DNA of 64,000 nucleotides. It comes from Waterburya sp. (GTDB taxonomy: Bacteria > Cyanobacteriota > Cyanobacteriia > Cyanobacteriales > Xenococcaceae). A model generated the notes under the pieces. That model searched no databases. It saw only the letters and a program-made list of their open reading frames with translations, and was not told where the DNA came from. Position 1 is the first letter of the stretch; the number at the start of each line of letters is the position of its first letter. The position numbers and the translations under genes are program-made. The stretch covers positions 3,456,001-3,520,000 of the forward strand of contig CBDCJV010000002.1 in the NCBI GenBank assembly GCA_965217895.1. Direction: 5' to 3'. This document shows, one piece after another, positions 27,276-38,478 of this stretch.

Positions 27276-27476
27276 ACATAAAGTCTTTTGTTGAAAAGGA
27301 TTTAAGACTGTCAGGTTAGATGACATTATTTTGTTAAGACGACAAATAATTAGTGAATGTACATTTGTATCCCCTTAATTTGCTTTTTAAACGAGTTATC
27401 GTAGAATAACAAAAATGAATGGCTTGCTAGTTGCCGCTAACAAGCCAAAGACAATTAAGACCAACCTAAGTTTGTT

Positions 27477-27611
27477 TTACTTTTTCTTCTTAGGGGTGGC
27501 TTTTGATGGTGTAGAACCAGCAGTTTTTGTTGCATTACTGGAGTTTTTGTTGCCTGACGCTTTTGAAGTTGGTTGAGCAGCTTTTGCTCCAGTCTTTTTC
27601 TGTTTAGTCAT
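27477..27611 (-). CDS. 44-aa Lys/Ala/Thr/Ser-rich basic protein (below ORF-track cutoff)
   Basis: MTKQKKTGAKAAQPTSKASGNKNSSNATKTAGSTPSKATPKKKK; AAGGAG RBS upstream. Confidence 0.6.
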   Translation of the reverse strand: MTKQKKTGAKAAQPTSKASGNKNSSNATKTAGSTPSKATPKKKK

Positions 27612-27751
27612 ATTAGGAAATCTCCTTAAATAATAGGTTAAGGGCGAGTAATCAACCCTCAGCTACCCATTATATCCAACGTCCTAAAAATCTAGTGTAT
27701 TTGCACCCATACCTACCTTTTATCCTTAAAAGCTATAGGCTATAAGCTTTA

Positions 27752-28450
27752 TTACTCTTGGCTCTCAGATTCCACTACTTTTCGCTTAGAGAAACCCCAG
27801 GCAAAGAATATAGCTACTACTGCTACGGTTAACCATTCTGGAATGAAGTAATCTGGTAGCCAAACTTTTAAGAGCAGACGCAAGCCAACAAAACCAACGG
27901 TAATAAAGCCTGCGTCCTCTAGGTAAGTATATTCCTGTAGCCATTTGATAAACAAGCCTGCCAAGAAGCGTAAAATAATGATGCCGATCGTTCCACCAGC
28001 AATAATCAGCCAAGTATCTTCGGTAATGGCGATCGCTGAAGTTACGCTATCTAGAGAGAAAGCTAGGTCAGTAATGGCGATAGTCGGAATTACTTGCCAA
28101 AGAGATTTTAAACCTAAGCTGCGATGTTCATCCGTATTATCTTTATCACTAAAAAAAAAGTAATTAATAACTAGCCACAGGAGATACATTGCCCCTAATA
28201 GCTCAAACTGCCAATATTTAATTACCCAAGTAGCAGCCAAAATCAGGGCAATTCTCAGTACATATGCGCCGACTAGTCCAATATCAAGAGCCTGACGCTG
28301 TTTTTGCGGATCTTGAATGCTTTTAGCGATCGCAGCTAGGGCGATCGCATTATCAGCAGACAAAACAGCCTCTAGCAAAATCAAAACCAGCAGTATTAGA
28401 TAGGTTTCAACCCCAGCATTGGTAAAATAATTAACTATGTTTGACAACAT
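27752..28450 (-). CDS. TerC family integral membrane protein
   Basis: LEAVLSADNA and DLAFSLDSV motifs. Confidence 0.92.
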   Translation of the reverse strand: MLSNIVNYFTNAGVETYLILLVLILLEAVLSADNAIALAAIAKSIQDPQKQRQALDIGLVGAYVLRIALILAATWVIKYWQFELLGAMYLLWLVINYFFFSDKDNTDEHRSLGLKSLWQVIPTIAITDLAFSLDSVTSAIAITEDTWLIIAGGTIGIIILRFLAGLFIKWLQEYTYLEDAGFITVGFVGLRLLLKVWLPDYFIPEWLTVAVVAIFFAWGFSKRKVVESESQE

Positions 28451-28623
28451 TTACTATATATTTTTAAATTAAAAAACACGCCCTGCCTACCATATAAATT
28501 GCTTGTCACCCCGTGAGCTATCGATCTAAAAATCCGTAGATTTTGTAATTTTCTCCTATTTTTATCCAGTTTTTTCTTAAGTTTCCTTCTTCATTATGTT
28601 GCATCTTGTTAAGTGTAGTTTAT

Positions 28624-29274
28624 TTATTCTCCACTCAACCAAGCGATCGCACTTCTGATCCATTCTTCTACGTTATTATTTTTAAGCAACTGATTATCTT
28701 GACTAAGAGCAGTTAAAACCTGTTCGATTTCCTCATTTGTATAGCCAAGAGCCATAAGAGTCATTTCCAAGTCTTCTTTAATTTCAGGTTTGGGAGCAAA
28801 AACAGCATCGGGTTGCTGTACTTCCACGCCAGATATATTGGAAATTTTGTGCCACTCAGCAAGCTTAGTCTTTAATTCTAAAGCAATTCTTTCGGCGGTC
28901 TTTTTACCTACACCAGGGGTTTTAGTGAGAGTAGGAATATTGCTGGTAACTATTGCCCCGACTAACTCTGCTATTCCCAAAGTGTCAATTAGGGCGATCG
29001 CCAACTGCATCCCAATTCCGCTAACAGCAGTTAATTGACGAAACAAATCTCTCTCTGCTAGCGTTGGAAAACCATAAAGAATCTGTTTATCCTCTTGGAT
29101 CTGTAAATGAGTAAAAACTTGCAGCAATTCATCTTGCTCTATATCTAACTGACGAGCAAAACGAGAATAGATTTGCATTTCATAGCCAATATTATTAACC
29201 TCTAAAATCAAAAAAAGGCGATTTTGAGTATTTTTGGCAATTTCTACTTTTTTACCCTTGAGGTAACTAATCAT
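28624..29274 (-). CDS. ruvA: Holliday junction branch migration protein RuvA
   Basis: MISYLKG, VSGIG, TPGVGKKTAERIALELK. Confidence 0.96.
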   Translation of the reverse strand: MISYLKGKKVEIAKNTQNRLFLILEVNNIGYEMQIYSRFARQLDIEQDELLQVFTHLQIQEDKQILYGFPTLAERDLFRQLTAVSGIGMQLAIALIDTLGIAELVGAIVTSNIPTLTKTPGVGKKTAERIALELKTKLAEWHKISNISGVEVQQPDAVFAPKPEIKEDLEMTLMALGYTNEEIEQVLTALSQDNQLLKNNNVEEWIRSAIAWLSGE

Positions 29275-29334
29275 TAATTTCGTAGTTTAAATAGTTATTT
29301 ATTCTTTTACATTCGTTCCTTCTAGAGTGCGTAA

Positions 29335-30048
29335 CTAACCCAAATACTCTTTTGCCGACGGACAAAGGTGAACCAGTGGGCAGACTTCACACAAAGGTTT
29401 ACGAGCTTTACAAACTGCTCTACCGTGATAGATGGTGCGAATTGAATAATTTTCCCATTCTGACTGAGGTAGCAAAGCCATCAAATCCTTTTCGATCGCA
29501 ATTGGTTTATCAGATTTAGTCAACTGCCAACGGTTACTCAGGCGTTTGACGTGGGTATCTACCGTGATACCTTGAATATTACCAAAAGCATGAGCAGAGA
29601 CGACGTTAGCAGTTTTGCGAGCTACTCCTGGCAATTTTAATAATTGCTCCATCTCACTTGGAACTTTGCCATCAAAGTCAGTAATAATCATTTGACAAGC
29701 ACCCTGGATGTTTTTGGCTTTATGGCGATAAAAGCCCGTTGAACGAATTAACGCTTCTAATCGATCGCGATCGCATCCTGCAATCGCCCTAGCGTCAGGA
29801 AATTCAGCAAATAAAGCAGGAGTAACCTTATTTACTCTTATATCGGTACATTGAGCGGAAAGAATTGTTGCGACTAAAAGCTGTACGGGAGTCTCATAAT
29901 CCAGGCTACAGGTAGCATCAGGATATATTTGGGTTAACAGCGAAAAGATAGATTGCGATCGCTGTTTGAGAGCTTTACTGGGCGATTTACACCTGTTTCT
30001 AGTTGTTCTCTTGTTCTCTGTGTTAGTAGAAGTTTTATCAATGGACAT
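29335..30048 (-). CDS. nth: Endonuclease III
   Basis: LLVATILSAQCTD, LPGVARKTANVV, VDTHV, C-terminal 4Fe-4S cysteines. Confidence 0.96.
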   Translation of the reverse strand: MSIDKTSTNTENKRTTRNRCKSPSKALKQRSQSIFSLLTQIYPDATCSLDYETPVQLLVATILSAQCTDIRVNKVTPALFAEFPDARAIAGCDRDRLEALIRSTGFYRHKAKNIQGACQMIITDFDGKVPSEMEQLLKLPGVARKTANVVSAHAFGNIQGITVDTHVKRLSNRWQLTKSDKPIAIEKDLMALLPQSEWENYSIRTIYHGRAVCKARKPLCEVCPLVHLCPSAKEYLG

Positions 30049-30739
30049 TGAATTTAAGTAACGAGAGAAAAATATTAGAATCAGACCTTTTAAGGTGTCT
30101 ATTTTTGGGTTTTATTATGTTTATTTAATTGAGCAATATATATCGCTAACCCTGGTGTTGCCGGACGATGCCAAGCAACAATCAATCCCGTGACGGCAAA
30201 AGCGATCGCTAAAACACTTTCTAGACCTACAAAATATACTACATGGAAAGTTTCAGTCAAACCAAAATGCACTAAGTAGGAATGATAATACGTTTCAGCT
30301 TCACTTTGGAGTGATTCAATCCGAGCGAAAGTATTGCCACAGGCAGCTTAGCTACAATTGCTATCAGAAAAATTAAAATCGAAAATTTTCTTGTCTGCTG
30401 AAAGTTGCTTCTTAAAGATGTAATGTTTCTGCTGATCATCGTTTTAAATCTTTTATTATTCGTAACTACCCAAAATCCTCATTTAGCAATTGCAAAGCTA
30501 GCGGTCGGCATCGATTGAAAAAAAAGTTTCTAAATTTAACTTGACATTCAAGACAATCGCTTTGCCCAGATTTAAATCGATTAATTAGTGCGTAACATTA
30601 GAATACAACAAAGTCACAGACTACTCCGTCCGTTTAGGGTGGAATAATCTGTGACCGTTGGTCAGCAGCAAGCATCATGACTAACAACTAACTAATAACA
30701 GCTTATAAGCTGAGGTTTTATAGCAACCCGTGGCATATT

Positions 30740-31831
30740 TTATTGAAATAAATTCTGAAAGAATGCCAAATTCATAGTATCTCTGACAATGATAAATACA
30801 CCTAGGCTAAGTAGCAAAACTAAACCAGTTTGCATAATGCCATCTTGCAGCTTACTAGGTAGAGGTTTTCCAGTAACTCCTTCAACGGTCAAAAAGGCTA
30901 GCTGACCGCCATCTAGGGCGGGTAAAGGCAGAATATTAATAATCGCTAAGTTAATGCTAATTAACGCTCCAAACTGGAATAAATTCCCTAAGTCATTGCG
31001 AGCAAGTTCTGCACCCACTGCCACAATAGCTACTGGACCTGCTACCTGTTGAGCATTTTCGCTAAAGTTACTAATTAATTGCCAAAAACCCTGGACTGTA
31101 AGCTGGATAATTCTTTGAAACTCATTCGCACCAGTAGTAAAAGCTTCGACGATATTTTTGGCGCGACGACGCACAATGTCGCCATTAGGAGCAAGCATCA
31201 CACCAATTCTACCTTTACCATCTTGACCAATATTTGGCTTAACATCCAAGGTAATAGTTTCAACATCTCTTTTGATTGAAAGCCGTAGAGATTTATCAGG
31301 AGAATTTTGAATTGCGGTTCTTAGATTTTCTAAAGCCTTTCCTGAATCGTCTAGCTCCAGATTATCTATTTTTAGAATAATATCCCCTGGTTTAACCCCT
31401 GCTTGGGCAGCAGCGGATTCGGCTTCGTTTAACAACTGTGGTACTAGTACCCCTGGTCTATAGCTAATGTCTTGAAAGCCAACAGTTGTCGCTTGAGCGA
31501 CCAGCAGAAAATAGGCAAAAATCAAGTTAGCAATTACACCAGCACTAATTACAATTGCTCTATCTAAAACAGGGCGATTACGTAGTAAATTAGGATCATC
31601 TGGGGGAATAGTGCTGTCAGGATCATCATCAGGAAATCCGACATAACCACCTAGAGGAATAGCTCTGATGGCATATTCCGTTTCTGAACCTTGGTATTTT
31701 AAAAGAGTAGGTCCAAATCCGATTGAGAAACGGTTAACTCTGATTTTTTGTAACCGTGCTGCTGCAAAGTGACCAAATTCATGAACTACGATGAGTAGAA
31801 GCACTACTGAAATTGCTGCCAATACTGACAT
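30740..31831 (-). CDS. rseP: RIP metalloprotease RseP (site-2 protease with PDZ)
   Basis: HEFGH, NILPLPALDGG. Confidence 0.94.
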   Translation of the reverse strand: MSVLAAISVVLLLIVVHEFGHFAAARLQKIRVNRFSIGFGPTLLKYQGSETEYAIRAIPLGGYVGFPDDDPDSTIPPDDPNLLRNRPVLDRAIVISAGVIANLIFAYFLLVAQATTVGFQDISYRPGVLVPQLLNEAESAAAQAGVKPGDIILKIDNLELDDSGKALENLRTAIQNSPDKSLRLSIKRDVETITLDVKPNIGQDGKGRIGVMLAPNGDIVRRRAKNIVEAFTTGANEFQRIIQLTVQGFWQLISNFSENAQQVAGPVAIVAVGAELARNDLGNLFQFGALISINLAIINILPLPALDGGQLAFLTVEGVTGKPLPSKLQDGIMQTGLVLLLSLGVFIIVRDTMNLAFFQNLFQ

Positions 31832-31901
31832 ATTTAAAAAATATTACTTTTATTAAGTGTTTCGGTTCGATTTACTATTCTAGAACATTCTTCTACCCCT
31901 A

Positions 31902-32453
31902 TTGGTTAAAAAAGGGAGCTTGACCATGAGCAATAATTTAATTTGGCAACAGAATAGCAGAGATCGCAATAATGGCGATAATCTAGAGGCGATCGCTAAT
32001 TGGTGGTCTAATTTGGCAGACAAAGAAATTAATTGGCAACAGCGATTAATACCTAGTGATAATGATTTACAAAAAATTGATTGGCAGCCACAGAAGTTTG
32101 ATGAAATATTTGTTTTGCAGACACCGCAACTAAGGGGAATTACGCTTTTTTGGCGTACCGAAAAAATTGCCGACGAACGCAATATCACTCCTAGTAAGCT
32201 TCAGCTAGATTTAAACCAGCAACAGCTTTATATTTTTCCCCAATCTCAATCTCAGGTAGCGATCAAGATTAATGTACCAGAATTGATTTATCAAAAGCTT
32301 AATTTAGTAAATCCGCAAATCGCAGCAACAACCAAAGATGATGGCGGAATTTTACTGCTACGGGATGCAGCACAAAAATTGGAAATTAAAGTTATCTTAG
32401 GCAGTGAACAATTAAATCAATTACTCGATCGCTTCAAAACAACAGACAATTAA
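31902..32453 (+). CDS. Hypothetical protein
   Basis: 183-aa ORF containing a HIP1 site, divergent from rseP. Confidence 0.7.
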   Translation: MVKKGSLTMSNNLIWQQNSRDRNNGDNLEAIANWWSNLADKEINWQQRLIPSDNDLQKIDWQPQKFDEIFVLQTPQLRGITLFWRTEKIADERNITPSKLQLDLNQQQLYIFPQSQSQVAIKINVPELIYQKLNLVNPQIAATTKDDGGILLLRDAAQKLEIKVILGSEQLNQLLDRFKTTDN

Positions 32454-32516
32454 TCAACAGTTAGGAGGGAGCTTGTTCCACACCCGCGTAGGAAGAAGTC
32501 AACGCAGCAGTACTAG

Positions 32517-33527
32517 CTACTTATAGCTTTTCCAGCATATTCCTGCGGCGATCGCTTCTGCTGAGATGCTAATCAGACGATATAGTGCCACTGCTGCTAT
32601 TTCTGCGGGAAACTGAGAATTATCTAAAAGACTATAAGCGGTAACTTCAAATACTCCCAAGCCTCCTGGTGCGCCAGGTACAACCAAACCCAACAGCCAA
32701 GCAAAGCTAAAGGCACTGGTCAATTGAGAAATCTGCTGCCAAGTCACAGACTGCAATGCCATAAAAGTCAGCATAAATCCCGTTGCTCTAAAGATTACAA
32801 ATCCGATTTCCCCTAGAAAAGGAATAAAAGGATATCGGTCTAATTTAATAGCTTGGGCTGCGGAGGCATCAGCTTTGTTTTTGCTATAGCTCAATCGGTG
32901 TAAGAGTTGATTGAGAATGAAGGGATGTATGGCGATTAGCACTGCTATTAAGCTTGCCAAACTTAAAATCTTAATTGCAGATAGCAAAAACTGAGAATCG
33001 ACATTAATTGCTAGCCAGCTTAATTTACTAGTAACTAAATCAACAATCTTTAAAACGAATAATGAAATTGGCGAATTTATATCCTTTGACAAAATCAATC
33101 CGCTACTGGTTAAACCAACAAATAAAGCTGCTGCTGCCATTAATAATGGCTCTAATAAAACACAAAGAGTTGCAGCACCCCTAGAGCCACCTTTGCGCCC
33201 GACGGCGGTTATTCTGCCGTAAAAATGCCAAATATTACCTGGGGAATATTTAGCAATATTGGTTAATAGATAAACTCTAATACCTTCTTTTCTGCTTAAA
33301 GGCTGTTGAAAAATTTTGATAATCCATGTCCATATCCAGCCAGACCAAACATGAGCGCAGATAGTTATGATTAATGCTCCTATCAACATTAGCCAGCCTT
33401 GGGCATCGATCCTAAGCGTGGCAACTTCTATAAAACGATCTTTGAGTGTTTTGGTTAAGAAAAATAATATTCCTCCTAAAATAAACCAGCGTAGATAAGG
33501 TTTAATTCGAGCAAGAATTTGTTTCAT
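32517..33527 (-). CDS. Lysylphosphatidylglycerol synthase TM-domain (UPF0104) membrane protein
   Basis: NIAKYSPG, PGAPGGLGVFE, LYR motifs. Confidence 0.82.
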   Translation of the reverse strand: MKQILARIKPYLRWFILGGILFFLTKTLKDRFIEVATLRIDAQGWLMLIGALIITICAHVWSGWIWTWIIKIFQQPLSRKEGIRVYLLTNIAKYSPGNIWHFYGRITAVGRKGGSRGAATLCVLLEPLLMAAAALFVGLTSSGLILSKDINSPISLFVLKIVDLVTSKLSWLAINVDSQFLLSAIKILSLASLIAVLIAIHPFILNQLLHRLSYSKNKADASAAQAIKLDRYPFIPFLGEIGFVIFRATGFMLTFMALQSVTWQQISQLTSAFSFAWLLGLVVPGAPGGLGVFEVTAYSLLDNSQFPAEIAAVALYRLISISAEAIAAGICWKSYK

Positions 33528-33558
33528 TGAGTAAATTGTTAATTACCTATTACCTCAA

Positions 33559-36147
33559 TCAATTGCCCAGTTTACGATCGATTCTCTCTAAAGCTTGATT
33601 TGCTGCTTGCCAATTTGGCTTTGAATTTACTGCTTTTTGATAGTATTCTTTAGCTGTTTGATACTGTTGTAAATATTCGGCGACTGAGCCTTTACCATAC
33701 CAAGCTTCATGATAATCAGGATTAATGGCTAATGCCCGATCATAAGAATCTATAGCTTGAGTATATAGTTGGTTAGATTTTTGCACATTGCCTAACCCAA
33801 TCAAGGCAGGCAAATAATCTGGTTTAACAGCTAATGCCTCTAGATAAGCCTCTGATGCCTGTTGATTGTCCCCTTTTTCAAAGTACAGTTTGCCTAAATT
33901 ATTCCAGGAAACAAAACTTTTATCTGGGTCTAAGGCGATCGCTTTTTGAAAATCAGCTATGGCTTTGTCTATTCGCCCTAAACGGGTATAGGTTTCACCA
34001 CGATTGTTCCACAACCAGACATTTTCAGGAGCAATCTCAATAGCTTGATTATACGCTGCGATCGCCAAATCATATTTTTCAAGACTATACAGAGTTAAAG
34101 CTTTACAATTCCATAGCTGAGGACTTTGGTAGTATTTTAAAGCTATGTCACAAGTACTCAAAGCTGCTTGATAGTCCCCCAGTTGTCTTTGTGCCTTGGC
34201 TTTTTTTAACCAAACTTGTTCAAAATTTCTTACCTGTCCTTTAGTATTTGGTAATCTTCCCAGTCCACTATCGTAATAGTCAATAGCTGCTTGATATTGA
34301 TTTTTGTCTAACTTAGTATCACCGCGATAAAACTCCAAAATTGCCGCCCTTTGACTGTATTGAGTCCAGCCATATAAAATTCCAAAAAACAAGATAGGAG
34401 CGATGAGCAGGTATTTATATAATCCTCTAAATTTAGATTTGTGCTTGATTTTTTTGAGGTCTTTAACTACTCGATTTACCGATTGATATCGTTGATTTTG
34501 ATCTAGATAGATCATTTTATCGAGGATTTTGGCAAAGCTAGGACTAATTCTGGCTTTTCGGTGCCACAATATCTCTCCCGTGCGAGGATTTTTTTCTAAA
34601 TTTTGCGGTGAAGTTCCCGTTAATACATGAATAGCAGTCATGCCAAGGGCATAAATATCGCTTGCAGAAGTAGGACTATTAGCAATTTGCTCTGGAGGAA
34701 TATAGCCAGTTTTGCTTTCAGGAATTGAATTGATAGCTTCATTAACTAAATTAAAATCAACCAAAGTAATTTTATTATCTTTGTGTCGTCTAATTAGGCT
34801 AGAAGGTCTAATATTGCCATGAATAAATTGCTGTTTGTGGAATGGACGTAAAGCAGTAGCAGCATTAATTAGAATCTCAACTACTTCAGTTTCTGAAAGG
34901 ATAAACTGATCCTCAATAATTTGAGCTAAGTTTTTCCCTTCTACATATTCTTGAACAATATAAACTCTTGATTCATCAATAAAATATTCAATGACCTCTG
35001 GAGTTTTTTTATCATTATCAATAGCCGATAAATTACTAAAGCCGATCATTATCTCTTGATTCATTTCTGCTATTGAAGATTCTCCCAATTGCAGAGGTTG
35101 TAAAATTTCTAAATAATATCTAAGTTCACTTTCTTCTAAACTATTAGCTACATAAGAGTGTGTTTCTTTTCTGCCACCTAGGTACTTAGCTATTTGATAT
35201 TTATCGGCAATAGTTTTGCCGATCATTTCTAATGGTTGAAGATCGCGCAATACTTCTTCGGCACTGATGTAACGTTGTGAAGGATTACCAGCAGTCATGC
35301 GATTGATAATCTTCAAAAAAGCTTCACTAATGGCTATTTTTTTATTCCAGACAGTCACACCACTAGCTTCAGCTTCCTCCCACTCTATAGGCGACTTATT
35401 GGTCATGCCAAAAATAGCTGTTTTACCTAAAGCAAAGATATCGCTACTGTAGATTGGCTTGCCGTTATTTTGCTCTGGGGGCATATACCCTGGAGTACCA
35501 ATAATTTGGGTTTTAATCTGCTGTTTGCTGGTATCAAAAGCTAAAGTGCCTATTTCTTTAACTGCACCAAAATCAATCAGGATCATCTTGCCATCTTGTT
35601 TACGTCTGATTAAATTGGATGGCTTAATATCGCGATGAATAACACCTTGCTGGTGAACAAACTTGAGTATTTCTAAAACATCAAATAAAAATTGAATTGC
35701 CTGAGCTTCATTTAATATTTGTCGATGGGCTTCCTGCTCAAATTCTTCGCCTTCAATAAATTCTAAAGCTAGATAAAATTGTTTTTTTTCTTCAAAATGA
35801 CCAATAAACCGAGGAATTTGATCGTGTTTACCTAGCCACTGCAAAACCATCGCTTCTGTTGCCAACCTCTCTTTGGCACTTTCCCATACGGCAGAAGTGT
35901 TAAATCTTGGCTGTAGTTGTTTAACAGCGCATTTGTGTTCACCTGCTAATTGTCTGTCTAAAGCCAAATAGGTGGTAGCAAATCCTCCACTACCTAATTC
36001 TCTGACAATAGAAAACCTTTCGTTTAATATATCTCCTGATTTAAGAGTTTTGTAGCCATACTCAGTATTTCGTTCAGAGTTTAAGTCTTCGGATTGAGAA
36101 ATAGGAATAGTGAAATCTGAATCTGACATGGCATATCTGAAACACAA
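33559..36147 (-). CDS. Ser/Thr protein kinase with second degenerate kinase domain, TM helix and TPRs
   Basis: LGSGGFA, HRDIKPSN, DFG; second domain HGNIRPSS/DFN; C-terminal TPRs. Confidence 0.92.
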   Translation of the reverse strand: MCFRYAMSDSDFTIPISQSEDLNSERNTEYGYKTLKSGDILNERFSIVRELGSGGFATTYLALDRQLAGEHKCAVKQLQPRFNTSAVWESAKERLATEAMVLQWLGKHDQIPRFIGHFEEKKQFYLALEFIEGEEFEQEAHRQILNEAQAIQFLFDVLEILKFVHQQGVIHRDIKPSNLIRRKQDGKMILIDFGAVKEIGTLAFDTSKQQIKTQIIGTPGYMPPEQNNGKPIYSSDIFALGKTAIFGMTNKSPIEWEEAEASGVTVWNKKIAISEAFLKIINRMTAGNPSQRYISAEEVLRDLQPLEMIGKTIADKYQIAKYLGGRKETHSYVANSLEESELRYYLEILQPLQLGESSIAEMNQEIMIGFSNLSAIDNDKKTPEVIEYFIDESRVYIVQEYVEGKNLAQIIEDQFILSETEVVEILINAATALRPFHKQQFIHGNIRPSSLIRRHKDNKITLVDFNLVNEAINSIPESKTGYIPPEQIANSPTSASDIYALGMTAIHVLTGTSPQNLEKNPRTGEILWHRKARISPSFAKILDKMIYLDQNQRYQSVNRVVKDLKKIKHKSKFRGLYKYLLIAPILFFGILYGWTQYSQRAAILEFYRGDTKLDKNQYQAAIDYYDSGLGRLPNTKGQVRNFEQVWLKKAKAQRQLGDYQAALSTCDIALKYYQSPQLWNCKALTLYSLEKYDLAIAAYNQAIEIAPENVWLWNNRGETYTRLGRIDKAIADFQKAIALDPDKSFVSWNNLGKLYFEKGDNQQASEAYLEALAVKPDYLPALIGLGNVQKSNQLYTQAIDSYDRALAINPDYHEAWYGKGSVAEYLQQYQTAKEYYQKAVNSKPNWQAANQALERIDRKLGN

Positions 36148-36418
36148 GATTTTTAAATTGTAGCGAACATCGTTAAAAGATTGAACCTACTTTAAATTGC
36201 AGTTAGCTGTAGTATACAGGGGAATCTTATACTTAATTTATTTAGCCTTAGTAATTTGCTGTATAAAACTGGAGCGTCATACTTTAATTTTCCTGACTAT
36301 TTGAAATATAAAAGTTCAGGTTAACGATAAAATTATTATCTAGCCCCGTATACAAATTAGCTTTTTAGCTTTCACTTTAATCGCTTTTATAGTTTACTAT
36401 CGCCAACTTTCTGAGATT

Positions 36419-36592
36419 ATGACATTTCTTCGCCAATATATAGCACCTTTAGCTGTACTGATAATTTTTTTGCTAGCTTTATTTGCAGTGAGCGCCCGTA
36501 TCTTCTTACCTTCTGATATGGCTGCTCCTGCTCCAGTTGCATTAGATGATTTGAGTGTCATCATGCACCAAATTAGCTCAAATATATTTTAG
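36419..36592 (+). CDS. Small 57-aa membrane protein (below ORF-track cutoff)
   Basis: MTFLRQYIAPLAVLIIFLLALFAVSARIFLPSDMAAPAP...; resembles a conserved cyanobacterial small protein (from memory). Confidence 0.7.
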   Translation: MTFLRQYIAPLAVLIIFLLALFAVSARIFLPSDMAAPAPVALDDLSVIMHQISSNIF

Positions 36593-37071
36593 AGATATTG
36601 CCAAATAAAGTGTGAACCGAAAAGAGTACTGTTAGTAGCTTTAAGCTAAGAGCTACTAGCTCGTAATTCAATACTTCTCGGTTGACATTTGTTGGGAAGA
36701 TTTGAATTTAGCTCTGTTTGGTTGTTGTTAAGCTTAATTAAAGATTTATAGTTGACTAACTACCACCATTTTCGTAATTCAGCGTCTCCAACTTTTTTAT
36801 CTTTCATCTGCATCAAAAGCCTATCATTTACCAGCAAATTTGAGCTTCCTTTTTTACTACTATAAATTTATTCTTCTCTTCCAAAAATATTATCAATTTT
36901 AATACCTTTGTTATATCCTTATGTTGATTCTTGACTAAACCCCTTGTAGAACTTCGGCAGGCTTAGACCCGTTTGGCGCGACAAATTAGACTAGCCTAAA
37001 TAATATTCAGCTTGGTATTTTAATAACTACAGCAATCTATTTCATTTGTGAACAGTTAAATCTCGATGTCG

Positions 37072-37098
37072 GGAACAGGGAACAGGGAACAGGGAACA
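37072..37098. repeat. Heptamer tandem repeat (GGGAACA)x4
   Basis: gggaacagggaacagggaacagggaac. Confidence 0.8.
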
Positions 37099-37151
37099 AA
37101 AATTTCACGATTCATTTAGGATTGCTATATTATTTTTTACTTTCTAATTTC

Positions 37152-38424
37152 ATGAGCAAAAAAAAAGAAACTACGGTTTTACTATTGTCATTATTAATTA
37201 CGGTCAGCGCAATAGGTGGTGGTTTGTGGTGGCTGACTCAAGATAAACAGTCTTCAAACCCAACCAGAACTGTTTAATCTGCGGGAAAACCTCAGTCTCT
37301 CAAATCGACTTTTGATCGAGAACAAATTGGTACAGGAGATAAACTTTTAATTAGTCAAGATACTACTTTCCAAAAGCAAAAAGCAGTACAGGCGATCGCA
37401 AAAGCTGATTACCCTCAAGCAGTATCTCAATTGGAGCAATCATTAAAAGTAAAGCGTAACGATCCCGAAGCTCTTATTTATCTTACATAATGCGCGTATT
37501 GGTAGCAACAAAGCCTATAGTATTGCTGCACCTGTTCGAGTAGGCACAGATATGACTACAGCTAAAGAAATACTAAGAGGTGTGGCGCAAGCACAGGATG
37601 AAATTAATCAGCAAGGAGGAATCAATGGTGTTCCTTTAAAAGTAATCATTGCCAATGATGATAATAATCCTGAATCTGCTAAGGAAATTGCCCAAAACTT
37701 CGTTAAAAGTAAAGATATTCTGGGGGTAGTAGGGCATTTTTCCAGTGGAGTTAGTTTAGCTGCTGCACCGATTCACCAAAAAAACGGCTTGGTTGCTGTT
37801 TCTCCTACTAGTACTTCAGTTGCTTTATCTAATATGGGCAATTATCTCTTTCGTACTGTACCAAGCGATCGCTTTAGTGGCAATACCCTATCTAAATATA
37901 TGCTGGAAAAACTCAACCAGCCAAAGGCTGCGGTTGTTTATAATTCTCAAAGTGACTATAGCAAATCCCTAAAAGATGCTTTTACCACCAATTCGGTTGG
38001 CGACGGCGGGGAAATCGTTAGCGAAATTGATTTATCCCAAGGGAATTTTAATCCAGTCGAGACGTTGCAATCAGTAGCTAACAACGGTGCAGAAGTATTA
38101 GTCTTTCTTAATGATTTGACGACATTAGACAAAGCATTTTTGTTGATGCAGCTAAACAATCGTCAATTGCCAATGTTAGCAGGAGATAGCTTCTATCGAC
38201 CTCAAACCCTACAAAATTTAGGCGAAAAAGCACTTGGCTTAGTTGTCAGCGTACCTTGGCACATTTTGGGCAATACTAACTCCAATTTTCCTAATGCTGC
38301 CCGTCGTTTATGGGGAGGAGATGTTAGCTGGCGAACAGCTATGGCTTATGATGCTACCAAGGCTTTAGCTGCTGGTTTAACCAATAATCCTAGTCGTCAA
38401 GGAATAGCTGTTTCTATATGGTGA
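37152..38424 (+). pseudogene. Branched-chain amino acid ABC substrate-binding (LivJ-like) protein, disrupted
   Basis: N-terminus MSKKKETTVLLLSLL at 37152 hits an early stop; remaining 290-aa ORF has ILGVVGHFSS, FRTVPSD, WRTAMAYDA; C-terminus truncated next to IS. Confidence 0.8.
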
Positions 38425-38478
38425 GCAAATTGCTCACCACTTCTTTTACTCAGTTATTAGTTTTTAGTTGTTAGTTAT

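Noticed and set aside
30098..30440. Frameshifted membrane-protein remnant between nth and rseP
   Set aside because: Hydrophobic peptide fragments in two frames, but no family could be assigned
30612..30657. GTCACAGA...TCTGTGAC hairpin, with a similar half near 8540, as an ncRNA
   Set aside because: More simply a terminator-like or IS-end-derived repeat downstream of rseP; no further support
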